Positions 7,105-16,680 of a stretch of DNA of 41,883 bases are shown one piece after another. The stretch is from a virus. Location of the stretch: IMG/VR virus record IMGVR_UViG_3300046492_000081. One strand, 5' to 3'. Under the pieces are notes generated by a model that saw only the letters and a program-made list of their open reading frames with translations, was not told the DNA's origin and searched no databases. The position numbers and the translations under genes were made by a program. The first letter of the stretch is position 1. The number at the start of each line of letters is the position of its first letter.

Positions 7105-9399
7105 TCACCCCTCAGTCAGGACCGAAGTCCACGTTTCGTGAGCGTTGAACAGCTCTTCCCACGTGGGGTAAGCCGTGCTGTCCATGATGGTCTGCCACGT
7201 GTTCGCGGCGCTGCCCTGTAGACCACCGTCAGGCCGGTCAACCTCAGTGATTGCCAGCGTCCAACGCCAGCCAGGAACACGGGCGTCAGGGTCCAGCGGC
7301 TCAACGTCCACATCACCAATGGACACGTACAAGTTGCCCTCAATCCCGTAGCCGGGCATGGCTTGCACCAGGGCAGCCGTGCCAGCGTCAAGGAGTGAGT
7401 CAAACAGGGCGTTAGCTTCCGGGTCCCAAATGAGAACCGTGATGCTGGACGTACGCCCGGCACGCGCCCCCGTGATGTGAACAGGGTTCTTCCGGCCCAC
7501 CACGTCATAGCGGGTAGACCGCGCTGCCCGGGACCACTTCAACGGCGCTTCCATCATGACCGTGGTGTTCAGCGCTGGCACACCCGGAGACTTGAACCAG
7601 GCGTAATCAGCATCCACCAACGTGGGAGCGTCGACAGTCTGAGTCAGGATGCGCGGGCCCTTCGTGGCACCCGTGCTACTGGTCCAACTGACCGAATACC
7701 AGACCTTCGACCCTAGGGGCGCTTCGTAGTCCTCAACGACCATGGTGGAGTACGGGTTAGGCGCTAGGTCCCAGGTGCGCCCGTAGGCACGCATGGAAGC
7801 CGCCTTGCCGGACTCATCCATTCGCGTGATGGTCACGTTAGACGCGCTTGAGCTGACGTCAGGAACGTAGTTCACAGTCAGCGTGATACTGCCGTCTTCA
7901 TTGCTGGTCACTAGCGTGTACTCGGCAACGGCTTCCATCAGGGTGACGTTGTCCGCCCACCAGTAATCCACTAGCGGGTTATCGGAGTTGACCTCAAACC
8001 CAACCTTCACGAACGCGGCACCTTCCGGGCACGTGCGCGTCTCAGAGTTGATCTGAGCCCACCAGTCGGCAGCCTGTTCAACGGCATAGAACTGGTCAGG
8101 GTTGTCAGCTAGGAACAGGTTCCCGGCAGCGTCATACCAGTCAACACGCGTGCGAACAGCGCTGGTTACCTTCTGCGCCGGATCAGTGTTGTGCCGGAAG
8201 ATGGTTGCCTTTACCTGGTAGGTGGTCCCCGGAGTCACAGGCACCAGCCGGTCAAGCGTCACGGTGGACGTACCCGGGGCAGCCTGCACCAGCTTCAAGG
8301 CAAAGTAGCCGTCAGTGATGGCGCTGGTGATCTGAGTCATGGACACGGTTCCGTTGTCCACCAGCCACGGAGGTAGATAACCCTCAGTGCTGTACTCCGC
8401 GTAACTCAGAAGGTTCCCGGCAGGGTTGGCGGACGCGTAGAGCTGTGCATCTTCAATGACGAAGACCTGCCCGGCAGCCGTAGCCTGTGGCCGAAAGAAC
8501 ACCTTGCACTGAGTGGCATTCACGCCCGTGGGCGCTGTAGCCGTAATGCCAATCCAGCTCGTGACGTTCACGCCAACCGAATAGGCAGTCTGTGTAACCG
8601 GGCCAACCTGGTTCCATGCAGCGTCATACCAGCGGAACTCTGCATACCAGGTGGTTGCAATCGAAGGCGAACGGGCCAGCGTATAGCTGGTGTACTCCTT
8701 GCCCGGGATGATGTTGATGAAGCTGTTAGTTCGGATCTCCTGAGACCCGGCGGCAGCGGAAGTCAGCTCAAGGGCGTAGAAGCCCATTCCGGCGGACAGA
8801 TTCCAGTTGCCCCGTGCCAGCGTCCCGCTGTCAACCTTCCACCCGGACGTGTCCTGTTCCATTGACGCCGTGTTGTAGCCGTAGATGTTTCCGGCACGAA
8901 CCAGGGCAGCGCCAACGTACACGTCATCCACGTTCACATACTCGCCAGCGGCAAGGCCGTTAACGAAGATGCGAAGAGCCCCAGACTTAGCGTTAGCCGG
9001 GGCAGTGCCCACAAGTCCTAGGTAGTTGACATTGAACCAACCGGACTGATTCGTAATGGGCAGGTTGCTGACCACCGTGCTGGAAATCAGGTTGCCAGCG
9101 GTGACAGCGTCATACCAAGAAATCTGAATCTGACCCGTGCGCCCGGCCGTAGCGGCACTAGTCCTCAGCGGAACACGGGCCACGTACTCAAGGCCAGCCG
9201 TGACATTGAAGCGCGGGGCATACCCGGTGACCTGCCCTGCCGCCGTTGCGGTGAGCTTTAGCGAATAGGTGCCAGACAGGAACTGACCGGTCACAACTGA
9301 CAGCGTGGTGTTATTCCCGGCATCAGTGCCCCACGCGTGGGTACCACCTTCGAACGTCGACGCGTTCTCAGCCAGAAGGTTAGCGTTCGTGTAAGCCAT
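7105..9399 (-). CDS. Minor tail protein with three tandem carbohydrate-binding-like repeats and a C-terminal distal-tail-like region
   Basis: 764 aa. Three repeats of about 150 aa each end in a W(Y)D-A...V..V/L motif. First large gene after the tape measure. Confidence 0.7.
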   Translation of the reverse strand: MAYTNANLLAENASTFEGGTHAWGTDAGNNTTLSVVTGQFLSGTYSLKLTATAAGQVTGYAPRFNVTAGLEYVARVPLRTSAATAGRTGQIQISWYDAVTAGNLISSTVVSNLPITNQSGWFNVNYLGLVGTAPANAKSGALRIFVNGLAAGEYVNVDDVYVGAALVRAGNIYGYNTASMEQDTSGWKVDSGTLARGNWNLSAGMGFYALELTSAAAGSQEIRTNSFINIIPGKEYTSYTLARSPSIATTWYAEFRWYDAAWNQVGPVTQTAYSVGVNVTSWIGITATAPTGVNATQCKVFFRPQATAAGQVFVIEDAQLYASANPAGNLLSYAEYSTEGYLPPWLVDNGTVSMTQITSAITDGYFALKLVQAAPGTSTVTLDRLVPVTPGTTYQVKATIFRHNTDPAQKVTSAVRTRVDWYDAAGNLFLADNPDQFYAVEQAADWWAQINSETRTCPEGAAFVKVGFEVNSDNPLVDYWWADNVTLMEAVAEYTLVTSNEDGSITLTVNYVPDVSSSASNVTITRMDESGKAASMRAYGRTWDLAPNPYSTMVVEDYEAPLGSKVWYSVSWTSSTGATKGPRILTQTVDAPTLVDADYAWFKSPGVPALNTTVMMEAPLKWSRAARSTRYDVVGRKNPVHITGARAGRTSSITVLIWDPEANALFDSLLDAGTAALVQAMPGYGIEGNLYVSIGDVDVEPLDPDARVPGWRWTLAITEVDRPDGGLQGSAANTWQTIMDSTAYPTWEELFNAHETWTSVLTEG

Positions 9400-9422
9400 T
9401 CAATTCCCCTTGAGAAGAGGCA

Positions 9423-9460
9423 GGGGTGACCACCTCCGGATTTTCGGAAGTGGCCACCCC
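9423..9460. repeat. SD/anti-SD palindrome, copy f (extended stem of about 17 bp)
   Basis: GGGGTGACCACCTCCG GATTTT CGGAAGTGGCCACCCC. Confidence 0.75.
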
Positions 9461-9466
9461 CACCAA

Positions 9467-9640
9467 CTACGCCCCTTCCTGTTCGGGGCCGCGTGGATCA
9501 ACACCGTTGTCAGCGCCAATGGTTGGCGTGGTGATGACCCCGGTACTGGTGTCCGACGGATACCCAATGACGGTTACGCCATCTTCGGTCTCCGTCACGT
9601 CCGTTACCGGGGTGCTTACGGTCTCGCCGTCTTCGGGCAT
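9467..9640 (-). CDS. Small 57-aa ORF (below the ORF-track cutoff) between the tape measure and minor tail genes
   Basis: Its ATG at 9640 directly abuts the tape measure TAA (TAAATG). 58 codons counted. GC3-rich. Confidence 0.5.
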   Translation of the reverse strand: MPEDGETVSTPVTDVTETEDGVTVIGYPSDTSTGVITTPTIGADNGVDPRGPEQEGA

Positions 9641-12600
9641 TTACAGAGTCCTTCCTAGGGCAGCCGGACCAGTCAGCCCGGTCTTGATACGTTCGTCAGC
9701 GCGCTGGTTCACGTACGCCTCAAAGGACCCACCCTCAGTCACCAGGACCAGGCGCGTACCGTCAGCGATTCCGCCACCCGTGTTGCCCTCAGTGCCCCGG
9801 GCTGCCAGCGTCGACATAATCGACCACTGAGCGGACGTGAGCACAGGCTCAGGCTTGCCGGACTCATTCACGCTGAGCGTGGCACCAGGCTGTAGCCAGC
9901 CCCCGGAGTCATAACCGCCGGAACGGTCATACGCGGCAGGCAGCGAACCGTAACGCGACATGGCATAGCGCATTGAGCTGTAGACGTTGGCAAGCGGGTC
10001 CCACACGCCCTTACTGCGGAGCTTCCCGGCGTAGGCGTTGAACGTGGGGTCAATCACCTGCATGAGACCCTTGGAAGGCGTCCCATTCTTAGCGTTGATA
10101 TCCCAATTGTTGATGGCCTTCGGGTTACCGCCGGACTCCTGATTCATGCGCCGAAGCACAGTGTTCAGGAGGTTGGACGGCTGACCGACCATCTGTAGCG
10201 CCTTGAGAACAACAGACTTCCACTGGGCAACGCCAGCGCCAGCCTTGTAATTCACGTTCGGCACCATCTTGCCGTCAGCCTTCTTGGCATACCCGAACAG
10301 CGAATCAACCACCTTCGTGGGAATCCGCTTGACGGACTTGCCCCACCCAGTGTTCAGCCCCGGAATCTTGTCAAGGAGCGGGTTGACCACGTTGTTGACA
10401 CCAGCACGCGCCGAAGACTCAAGGGTGTCCTTGAGCCACGAAGCGCCCTTCTTGATGCCGTTCCACGCGTCAGAGCCAACGCCCTTGATGGCCGAACCGG
10501 CAGAGCTGAGCCAACCGAAGATTCCGCCATCCTTGAACGCGGGCAGTCCCCCACCCATGGCCTTCTGAATGGCACCAACGCCACCCTTACGGGCCAGCGC
10601 GTTCATGCTGTTCACATAGCCCGGACCCATGGCACGCGTCCACTCAGGGCGCATCACAGCCTCACCGCCGGACAGCGCTGCAAGGTGGACGTCACGGCCC
10701 GGCGTGTAGCCAGGCAGAATGCCACCAGTAGCAAAGCCCTTCGGGTGAAACTCCTTGAGGGGGTCAGCGCCGAACGCGGTAGCTACCTTGTTCCAAACAC
10801 CAACGATGCCCTTGTTGTAGACGGTATTGATGATGAACCCAATGGGCTTCTTGGCAATGCTCTCTACCTTGCCCCACGCCTTACCAATCGCATCCTTCGC
10901 CGTACCGAAGGCGTCACCAACCAGGCTGACACCCTTCTTGACGGAATCAAACGCGGGCTTGAGTGCCTTGTTCCACAGCCACTTGCCCTTATCGGCAATC
11001 CAGTCAAACGCGGGCTTGATGCCCTTGTCATAGAGCCACTTCGCCGCCTGCCCCAGCGCCTTGAAGACGTCCATGATGAACTGAATGTAAGGCTTGACAA
11101 TCTTCTGCCACAGCCACACCACGATGTCACCAATGAACTTGAACGCGGGCTTAATGGCGTTGTTCCACAGCCACAGACCGGCGTTACCAACGGCCTTGAA
11201 CGCTGCCTGAACAATGTTCCGGAAGGTCTCCGACTTGTTGTAGGCAACGATGATTCCGGCCACCAGGGCAGCCAGCGCGATTGCCACCAGAACGAAGGGG
11301 TTCAGCGCCATGACAGCGTTGAGAATGCCCTGAGCCACAGCCCATGCATTCGTAAAGAACGTGGTCACCTTCGTCACGCCGTTGAAGATTGCCGTCTGAA
11401 TCGCTGCCGCCTTCACGGCCAGCGTGATACCGCCAATCAGAACAGCCAGACCGGCAAGGTACGGGGACCACTCCTGAACGAAGCTGACACCCCCACGGAC
11501 AGCGGGCAGGAAGTACGTGTTGATGGCATGGCCAACCCCACTGATAGCGGGTACCACGTACGTCCCCAGGACTGTCACAAGCCCCTGTTGCATGGTCCGG
11601 GTGAACACCTGTAGCTCATGCGACGGACCAGACCGAAGGGTCTTACCCATCTTGTCAGCCGCGCCACCCACCTTGCCCACAGCGTCAGTTGCCTTGCTGG
11701 GGTCCATGCTGAACAGCGCCTTACCCAGGTCTTCCGCCTGAGTACCGAACAGGGCCGTTGCGGCGGCGCTCTGCTTTACCGGGTCCTTCATCCCCCGGAG
11801 CCTGTCTAGCGTCACATCAAGGGCACCAGCGGCAGACTTCCCGCCCTTGCCAATCTTCTTGGCCATGTCGTCAGCGTTGAGCCCCAGCGCCTTGAATCCG
11901 GCCGCCGTTCCCGTGCTGCCGTCAATGGACCGGATGGAAAATTCCTTCATCGCGTCAGCGGCAATGTCCGCATCACGCGCGCCACCCTTGATGCCCTGCT
12001 GAATCAGCCCCAGTGCCGTGGTCCCGTCAAGGCCCAACTTCTGAAACTGACCGCCGTACTCATTGAAGGTGTCTAGAAGGTCGCCAGCCTTGTCAGCGCC
12101 GCCCTGAAAGCCCTTCGTGATGATGTCGAATGCCTGACCGCTGTTCTTCGCCAGCCCCGTACGCATCATCTGAGAGACAGCGTTAGTGACTCCGCCTAGA
12201 TCCTGGTCAAAGGTCCCGGCAACGTCACTCGCCTTCGTGGCGATTGCCTGTAGTTGCTTGTTGGTCGCACCAGGCGGAGCAATGCCGGACTGCATGACGG
12301 ACTTAATCGCGTCAGCCGCCGTCTGGAAGTCTTCCGTGACCCCCTGTGCGTAGAGCTTGCCAGCCACCTTGCCGTACTTCGCAGCATCCTTGCCGGACGC
12401 TCCTAGCTGAGCCTGTAGCTTGCTGGTGACGTTCGCCTGGTCAATGGCATCAGCCAGACCCTTAGCCACCAGGGCACCAGCGGCCAGACCGGCAGCGGCA
12501 GCACCTAGCTTTAGCTTGTCCTTGAGCCCACCCCCGGCGGCTTCGCCAGCGTCAGCACCAGCATCCCCCGCCGGTCCCACAATCTGTTCCCGTAGCTGAC

Positions 12601-12667
12601 GCGCGAAGCCCTGAATCTCAGGGACAATCGACACGTACGCAACGGCAATCTCAGGCGCGTTCGCCAT
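9641..12667 (-). CDS. Tape measure protein with a C-terminal lytic-transglycosylase-like motif
   Basis: 1008 aa immediately after G/G-T. Contains TM segments and four W(L)W-x-K-x-(I/L)KPAF repeats. Also has NQESGGNP...GLMQV. Confidence 0.9.
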   Translation of the reverse strand: MANAPEIAVAYVSIVPEIQGFARQLREQIVGPAGDAGADAGEAAGGGLKDKLKLGAAAAGLAAGALVAKGLADAIDQANVTSKLQAQLGASGKDAAKYGKVAGKLYAQGVTEDFQTAADAIKSVMQSGIAPPGATNKQLQAIATKASDVAGTFDQDLGGVTNAVSQMMRTGLAKNSGQAFDIITKGFQGGADKAGDLLDTFNEYGGQFQKLGLDGTTALGLIQQGIKGGARDADIAADAMKEFSIRSIDGSTGTAAGFKALGLNADDMAKKIGKGGKSAAGALDVTLDRLRGMKDPVKQSAAATALFGTQAEDLGKALFSMDPSKATDAVGKVGGAADKMGKTLRSGPSHELQVFTRTMQQGLVTVLGTYVVPAISGVGHAINTYFLPAVRGGVSFVQEWSPYLAGLAVLIGGITLAVKAAAIQTAIFNGVTKVTTFFTNAWAVAQGILNAVMALNPFVLVAIALAALVAGIIVAYNKSETFRNIVQAAFKAVGNAGLWLWNNAIKPAFKFIGDIVVWLWQKIVKPYIQFIMDVFKALGQAAKWLYDKGIKPAFDWIADKGKWLWNKALKPAFDSVKKGVSLVGDAFGTAKDAIGKAWGKVESIAKKPIGFIINTVYNKGIVGVWNKVATAFGADPLKEFHPKGFATGGILPGYTPGRDVHLAALSGGEAVMRPEWTRAMGPGYVNSMNALARKGGVGAIQKAMGGGLPAFKDGGIFGWLSSAGSAIKGVGSDAWNGIKKGASWLKDTLESSARAGVNNVVNPLLDKIPGLNTGWGKSVKRIPTKVVDSLFGYAKKADGKMVPNVNYKAGAGVAQWKSVVLKALQMVGQPSNLLNTVLRRMNQESGGNPKAINNWDINAKNGTPSKGLMQVIDPTFNAYAGKLRSKGVWDPLANVYSSMRYAMSRYGSLPAAYDRSGGYDSGGWLQPGATLSVNESGKPEPVLTSAQWSIMSTLAARGTEGNTGGGIADGTRLVLVTEGGSFEAYVNQRADERIKTGLTGPAALGRTL

Positions 12668-12670
12668 GAG

Positions 12671-13308
12671 TTATCCCCTTCGCGTTCGCTCCCTGAATGC
12701 CAACAGGGCAGCCGCCGTAATCTTCGCCTTCTTAGGGTCATCCATGCCGGGACGCGGGTACGGCTTAGGCGGCTTACTCTGCTCATGACGGGGCACGTCC
12801 TTGTTGGCGATTGCCCACGTCGTGTACTGAGTGCAGTCAACAAGGTCCGCTAGTAGGTAGTCCGTGGTGGACCACAGCGGCTTGCCCTTGTTGAGCGCCT
12901 GCCTGGTGGCTGACTCCGGGGGAAGACCCCAAATCAAGATGGTGAGCTTCCGGGGGCTGATCTTCCGTCGCCAGAAGTCAAGAAGATCAATCCCCCGGAA
13001 TGCTAGGTCAGCCTCAATCGCGTCCCCGTGTTCACGGAGCAACCCCAGAAGGCTTAGGAGTTTCCCGCACCAACCGACTTACCGGCCACCTCGAAGAACT
13101 TGCCTAGGTCCGCAACCTTCCGGTTGGAAGCGCGGAACGTCTTGTACTGGTCCTCACCTAGGAGCGCCTTGAGCGCGTGCGTCAGACGCTGGTCATCAAT
13201 GGCTTCAAGGACATCAAGGTCCCAGTCCTCAGCCGGGGGCACTTCGTAGTTGTCGCCGTTGAACTCAACAGCAATCGGGGTGCCTAGTGCATCGTTCTTC
13301 GTGGCCAT
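12671..13308 (-). CDS. Tail assembly chaperone G-T fusion made by a -1 frameshift at 13060-13066
   Basis: The T frame (12671..13042) has no independent SD and is entered from the G frame at the GGGAAAC site. Confidence 0.75.
13054..13308 (-). CDS. Tail assembly chaperone G
   Basis: 84 aa. ATG 13308 follows a GAGGAGA SD. Lies between the major tail and tape measure genes. Confidence 0.8.
   Translation of the reverse strand: MATKNDALGTPIAVEFNGDNYEVPPAEDWDLDVLEAIDDQRLTHALKALLGEDQYKTFRASNRKVADLGKFFEVAGKSVGAGNS
13060..13066 (-). promoter_or_regulatory. Programmed -1 ribosomal frameshift heptamer G GGA AAC
   Basis: The X XXY YYZ pattern is verified in the G frame, 2 codons before the TAA. The -1 frame continues as GKLLSLLGLLREHGD. 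Confidence 0.75.
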
Positions 13309-13345
13309 GTCGTGTCTCCTCAAGGGTGGTTGGTGGGTGGAATAG

Positions 13346-13383
13346 AGCGGGACCAGGCCCCCACCCAGAAGCCTGGTCCCGCT
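13346..13383 (-). terminator. 13-bp stem-loop after the major tail protein (attenuator or terminator candidate)
   Basis: AGCGGGACCAGGC-N12-GCCTGGTCCCGCT with a weak U tract. Confidence 0.45.
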
Positions 13384-13388
13384 GGTCT

Positions 13389-13416
13389 AGTCACCTCCGA
13401 AAAACCGGAGGTGGTC
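13389..13416. repeat. SD/anti-SD palindrome, copy g
   Basis: AGTCACCTCCG AAAAAC CGGAGGTGGTC. Confidence 0.75.
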
Positions 13417-13418
13417 AG

Positions 13419-13976
13419 TTACGCGGCAGCGTTCGCCGTGTCGTTGTCGTAATCGACGTACAGCGTGTCGTCCGAAGTCGGGTAGATGGTGATGGTCAGC
13501 TCAAACGCCTGTAGGTCAGCCTCAGACAGCGTGACCTCACCAACCGCCGTAACCTCACCCTGGGGGATGTGTCGACGCCGGGTAATGTCACCGTCCATCA
13601 GCTCAAGCACAAAGGAGCGCTTGTCAGACTTCGGAATCTTCACGGTTCGCGTGTTGGTACCGGCAGCCGTAACCACGGTGGAACCAGGGTTGACCAGACC
13701 GAACACGGTCAGGTTGTCCTCAAGGCACGTCACCGTGATAGAGCGCTTGTGCTTGCTCCGCTTCGTGCGAATGAGCTTGCCGCCCCACGCGTAGAAGTCG
13801 GACGAATCCTCATCCCGGGACTCAGACGCGCCATCCTCGCTCAGGAGACCAACGGCCTTCCATGCGGGAATGGTCGCCATGCCGTCATCAAGGGCAACGG
13901 GCAGTGCCGTAGCAACAGGGGCCGTCCATAGGTCAGCGCCCTCCCATAGACGGGGGTTTGCAGTGTTGCCGCTCAT
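13419..13976 (-). CDS. Major tail protein
   Basis: 185 aa. Lies directly upstream of the chaperone pair and is followed by hairpins. Confidence 0.75.
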   Translation of the reverse strand: MSGNTANPRLWEGADLWTAPVATALPVALDDGMATIPAWKAVGLLSEDGASESRDEDSSDFYAWGGKLIRTKRSKHKRSITVTCLEDNLTVFGLVNPGSTVVTAAGTNTRTVKIPKSDKRSFVLELMDGDITRRRHIPQGEVTAVGEVTLSEADLQAFELTITIYPTSDDTLYVDYDNDTANAAA

Positions 13977-14395
13977 GCGGTCTCCAATTCCGTTCCCCTG
14001 GTGGAGAACTCAACAGCGAATGAGTAACGCGGCTGGCCGGACACTGAGTCAGGCAGCCACATGGGGCCGGACACTTCGGCCACTTCATAGACAGTGGTGG
14101 TGCCCCGCTTGCCAGCCATAGCCAGCACGTACGCGCGCACCTTCGAACACAGAGCTTCTGCGCCCTCTTCGCTGTCAGACCAGCACTCAACATCAATGCG
14201 TGGCCGGTCAAGGATCAGGTTCCGGCGGATACCGCCTAGGCGCTCAATGCGCACGAACTCAGCCGGACGCGGGTTAGGCACCCGGGACACGGCAGTCACA
14301 CCAGGCAGCGCACTCCGGATGTACTGAATGGTGACCAGGACAGCGTCAGGGAAGACAACTACGGGCTTAGTCACCGGGATCAGCCGCCGCATCAA
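13973..14395 (-). CDS. Tail terminator / head-tail joining protein
   Basis: 140 aa; last gene of the connector block before the major tail gene. Confidence 0.6.
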   Translation of the reverse strand: MMRRLIPVTKPVVVFPDAVLVTIQYIRSALPGVTAVSRVPNPRPAEFVRIERLGGIRRNLILDRPRIDVECWSDSEEGAEALCSKVRAYVLAMAGKRGTTTVYEVAEVSGPMWLPDSVSGQPRYSFAVEFSTRGTELETA

Positions 14396-14636
14396 GGGCT
14401 AGCAGGAGATTCCGCCTGGTGGTGTCAGCGTGTGCGCCATCCTCATAGCCAGCGATCACAGCCGCACGTGCACGGGCAGGGCCAGACTGAGTGTCAACCT
14501 TCGTCTGAACCCCCACGCTCCGTAGGGCAGCGTCAACATCACGGGCCTTAGCCAAGATGACGCGCTGTGCACCTTCGGAGGTAGTCAGGCCCCGGATGAA
14601 GTCGAAGTTGTACCGGATACGAACCGGGCCGCTCAT
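14367..14636 (-). CDS. Head-tail connector complex protein
   Basis: 89 aa; overlapping start and stop codons couple it to its neighbours. Confidence 0.55.
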   Translation of the reverse strand: MSGPVRIRYNFDFIRGLTTSEGAQRVILAKARDVDAALRSVGVQTKVDTQSGPARARAAVIAGYEDGAHADTTRRNLLLALDAAADPGD

Positions 14637-14977
14637 CCACTCACCCTCTTCAATCGAGCCTCAGCGTGGTGCAGTCGACCCCGGACCTTGAACCGGCCAA
14701 CTTCCCCATCAACGGCCAGCGTTAGCCCCTCCCACTCAACGCGGTCAGTTGCCAGCGCCGGGAAGTCACGGCCCTTCGGAGTGATCAGCCGCCAACCTGT
14801 GATGACTGACGGCCGGTCCCCCACTGCCTCAGTCGACCCGTCCGGCTGGACCATCAGGCCCGGGTAAGGCGTACGCGTCGCGTTTGCCCAGTCCCGTTCG
14901 CTGGTGGTGTTGCCGTACTTATCGACCTTGAGCGGGGCACGGACCAGGGTTGCGGTCTCGCCAAAGAGCATGCTCAC
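14633..14977 (-). CDS. Head closure / head-tail adaptor protein
   Basis: 114 aa with an ATGA-type overlap. Confidence 0.6.
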   Translation of the reverse strand: MSMLFGETATLVRAPLKVDKYGNTTSERDWANATRTPYPGLMVQPDGSTEAVGDRPSVITGWRLITPKGRDFPALATDRVEWEGLTLAVDGEVGRFKVRGRLHHAEARLKRVSG

Positions 14978-15504
14978 AGGACACGCCCCACAGCGAAGGT
15001 CCGGCGGTACCGGCCGAGTAGGTCACGGTCCGCCTGTGACAGGGAAGCGCCGATGGTCTCAGCCGCGTACGTGACGCTGACCGCTCCAACGGTTTCCTGC
15101 CGTAGGTCATTGGGGTTGCTCAGAACGCGCTGAGCGGCTGTCAGAGCCACTGCCACGACGTCCCCGGGCACTGATGCGTACCCGTGCGTGAAAGTCACTG
15201 AGACGCGCTCACAGCCGCTCACGAAGAGCCGTTCTGTCTCGTCATCCCAGTCATGGTCAACCGGTATCCCGTCACGCGTCACAGCGTCGACAGAGACAAC
15301 CGGCCGAAGGGGCAGCCGGATCACGCCTTCAAAGGGCTTGCGCCTGAGCGTGGTTACCCGGCGTTGGAAGTCGTTACGGGCTTCCTTCCGGATGATCGCA
15401 GAGACCATGTCCAGCGTGGACGCTGCCGAAGCCGGAAGGGTGCCCGGATCAACTTGCATCCACCCGGCTAGGTCATCAACCGTGGCCAGCGGGGGCAGTG
15501 CCAT
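14974..15504 (-). CDS. Head-tail connector (gp6-like) protein
   Basis: 176 aa; first of the connector genes downstream of the capsid gene. Confidence 0.6.
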   Translation of the reverse strand: MALPPLATVDDLAGWMQVDPGTLPASAASTLDMVSAIIRKEARNDFQRRVTTLRRKPFEGVIRLPLRPVVSVDAVTRDGIPVDHDWDDETERLFVSGCERVSVTFTHGYASVPGDVVAVALTAAQRVLSNPNDLRQETVGAVSVTYAAETIGASLSQADRDLLGRYRRTFAVGRVL

Positions 15505-15520
15505 GGGACACCCTTCCTAG

Positions 15521-15673
15521 TTACTTCGTGGTCTGTTCGCCGCAGTCCTGACAGCGCGACACAGAAGCCTCAGAGCCATCCGGGCGGAGCGCCGTGAAGC
15601 ACTCCACCCGGGGGACCTTGCAAGCCTCAGCGTGCGGCAGATCAGGAGTTACGGCCTTTGCCTTCGGGGGCAA
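15521..15673 (-). CDS. Small 50-aa Cys-rich (zinc-ribbon-like) ORF, below the ORF-track cutoff
   Basis: TTG start at 15673, 7 nt after a GGAGG SD. C-x8-C ... CxxC pattern. 51 codons counted. Confidence 0.45.
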   Translation of the reverse strand: MPPKAKAVTPDLPHAEACKVPRVECFTALRPDGSEASVSRCQDCGEQTTK

Positions 15674-15685
15674 GAGCCAACCTCC

Positions 15686-16633
15686 TTACGCGTTGAGAAC
15701 GCCGGTCAGACGGGCCGCACCCTTGCCACCGAAGATGGCAAGACCCGTGTAGAACTCAAGACGCGTCCGGTAAACCGGCTTCGTGTCAAGCTCACCTAGG
15801 TCACGCACCTGAACGCCACCGTTGGTCAGACCGGTCACGGCCTGGTCACCCTCAGCGGTACCGAACTTGACCGCGTAGATGCTGGAAGCCGTGCCGGAAG
15901 CCGTGCCCTGAGTCTCCGTCTGCGGGATGATGTCCGCACCAGCCGCCGTCTGGCCAATGTCCAGAAGGGCAATGCCGTTGTACGTCGCAACCATCTTCTG
16001 AGTCAGGGCGTCACGGACCATCTCAACGCCACCCAGACGCCGGGCCGAAGACTTGATCTTGGCAATCACCTTCGCGTTGGTGTACAGCGCACCGTTGCCG
16101 CCGTTGATGCCGGGAACCTGAGCGATCAGCGCGTCTAGCGCGTCGAAGAAGTCGTGTCCACCAGCAACCGGGCCCATACCGTTGGTCGCTGCCGGGATCA
16201 CCTGAGCGCCGGTCAGACGCTTCTTGAGACCATCAAAGCCGTTCACGTCAACGGCCGTGTCACCGTTGATGAAGTGATCCTGAAACTTGTACGAAGCCGC
16301 CTTCACCTTCATACGGGTCTGCACCGCACGCTGATCGTTCAGGTTGCCGCGCGTCTGGACGATGAACCGGTCAACGTCAGCGTCACCACCCAGGATGACC
16401 AGCTTCTCAGACTTCGGGTTGACGGTACCGGTCGACTCAGAGTACGAACCGTTGACCGCGCGGAACTCAACGCCCGGTAGCGTCGCCTCTTCGTTGTACG
16501 CGTAGGCGTTGCCCTGAATCGTCAGGAACGGGATGCGGTCGAGTAGGGGGGACTCCTGAACGAAGGTCTCAAGGACACCACGCTGTAGGTCATCCTGAGA
16601 GAGCTTCGCGGCCTCAGCCAGAGTTAGGGACAT
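15686..16633 (-). CDS. Major capsid protein
   Basis: 315 aa, directly after the scaffold gene. AGGAGA SD. Confidence 0.85.
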   Translation of the reverse strand: MSLTLAEAAKLSQDDLQRGVLETFVQESPLLDRIPFLTIQGNAYAYNEEATLPGVEFRAVNGSYSESTGTVNPKSEKLVILGGDADVDRFIVQTRGNLNDQRAVQTRMKVKAASYKFQDHFINGDTAVDVNGFDGLKKRLTGAQVIPAATNGMGPVAGGHDFFDALDALIAQVPGINGGNGALYTNAKVIAKIKSSARRLGGVEMVRDALTQKMVATYNGIALLDIGQTAAGADIIPQTETQGTASGTASSIYAVKFGTAEGDQAVTGLTNGGVQVRDLGELDTKPVYRTRLEFYTGLAIFGGKGAARLTGVLNA

Positions 16634-16653
16634 GTCTTATCTCCTAGGTATGG

Positions 16654-16680
16654 GGTCACCTCCGAAAAACCGGAGGTGGT
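16654..16680. repeat. SD/anti-SD palindrome, copy h
   Basis: GGTCACCTCCG AAAAAC CGGAGGTGGT; touches the scaffold stop codon. Confidence 0.75.

Noticed and set aside
12125-12134. Thirteenth promoter copy inside the tape measure gene (exact GGCATTCGAC 10-mer)
   Set aside because: It lacks the downstream CTAG and CTTCGAAG elements and lies within coding sequence (codons A-F-D-I-I). It is kept as a note and not called a promoter.
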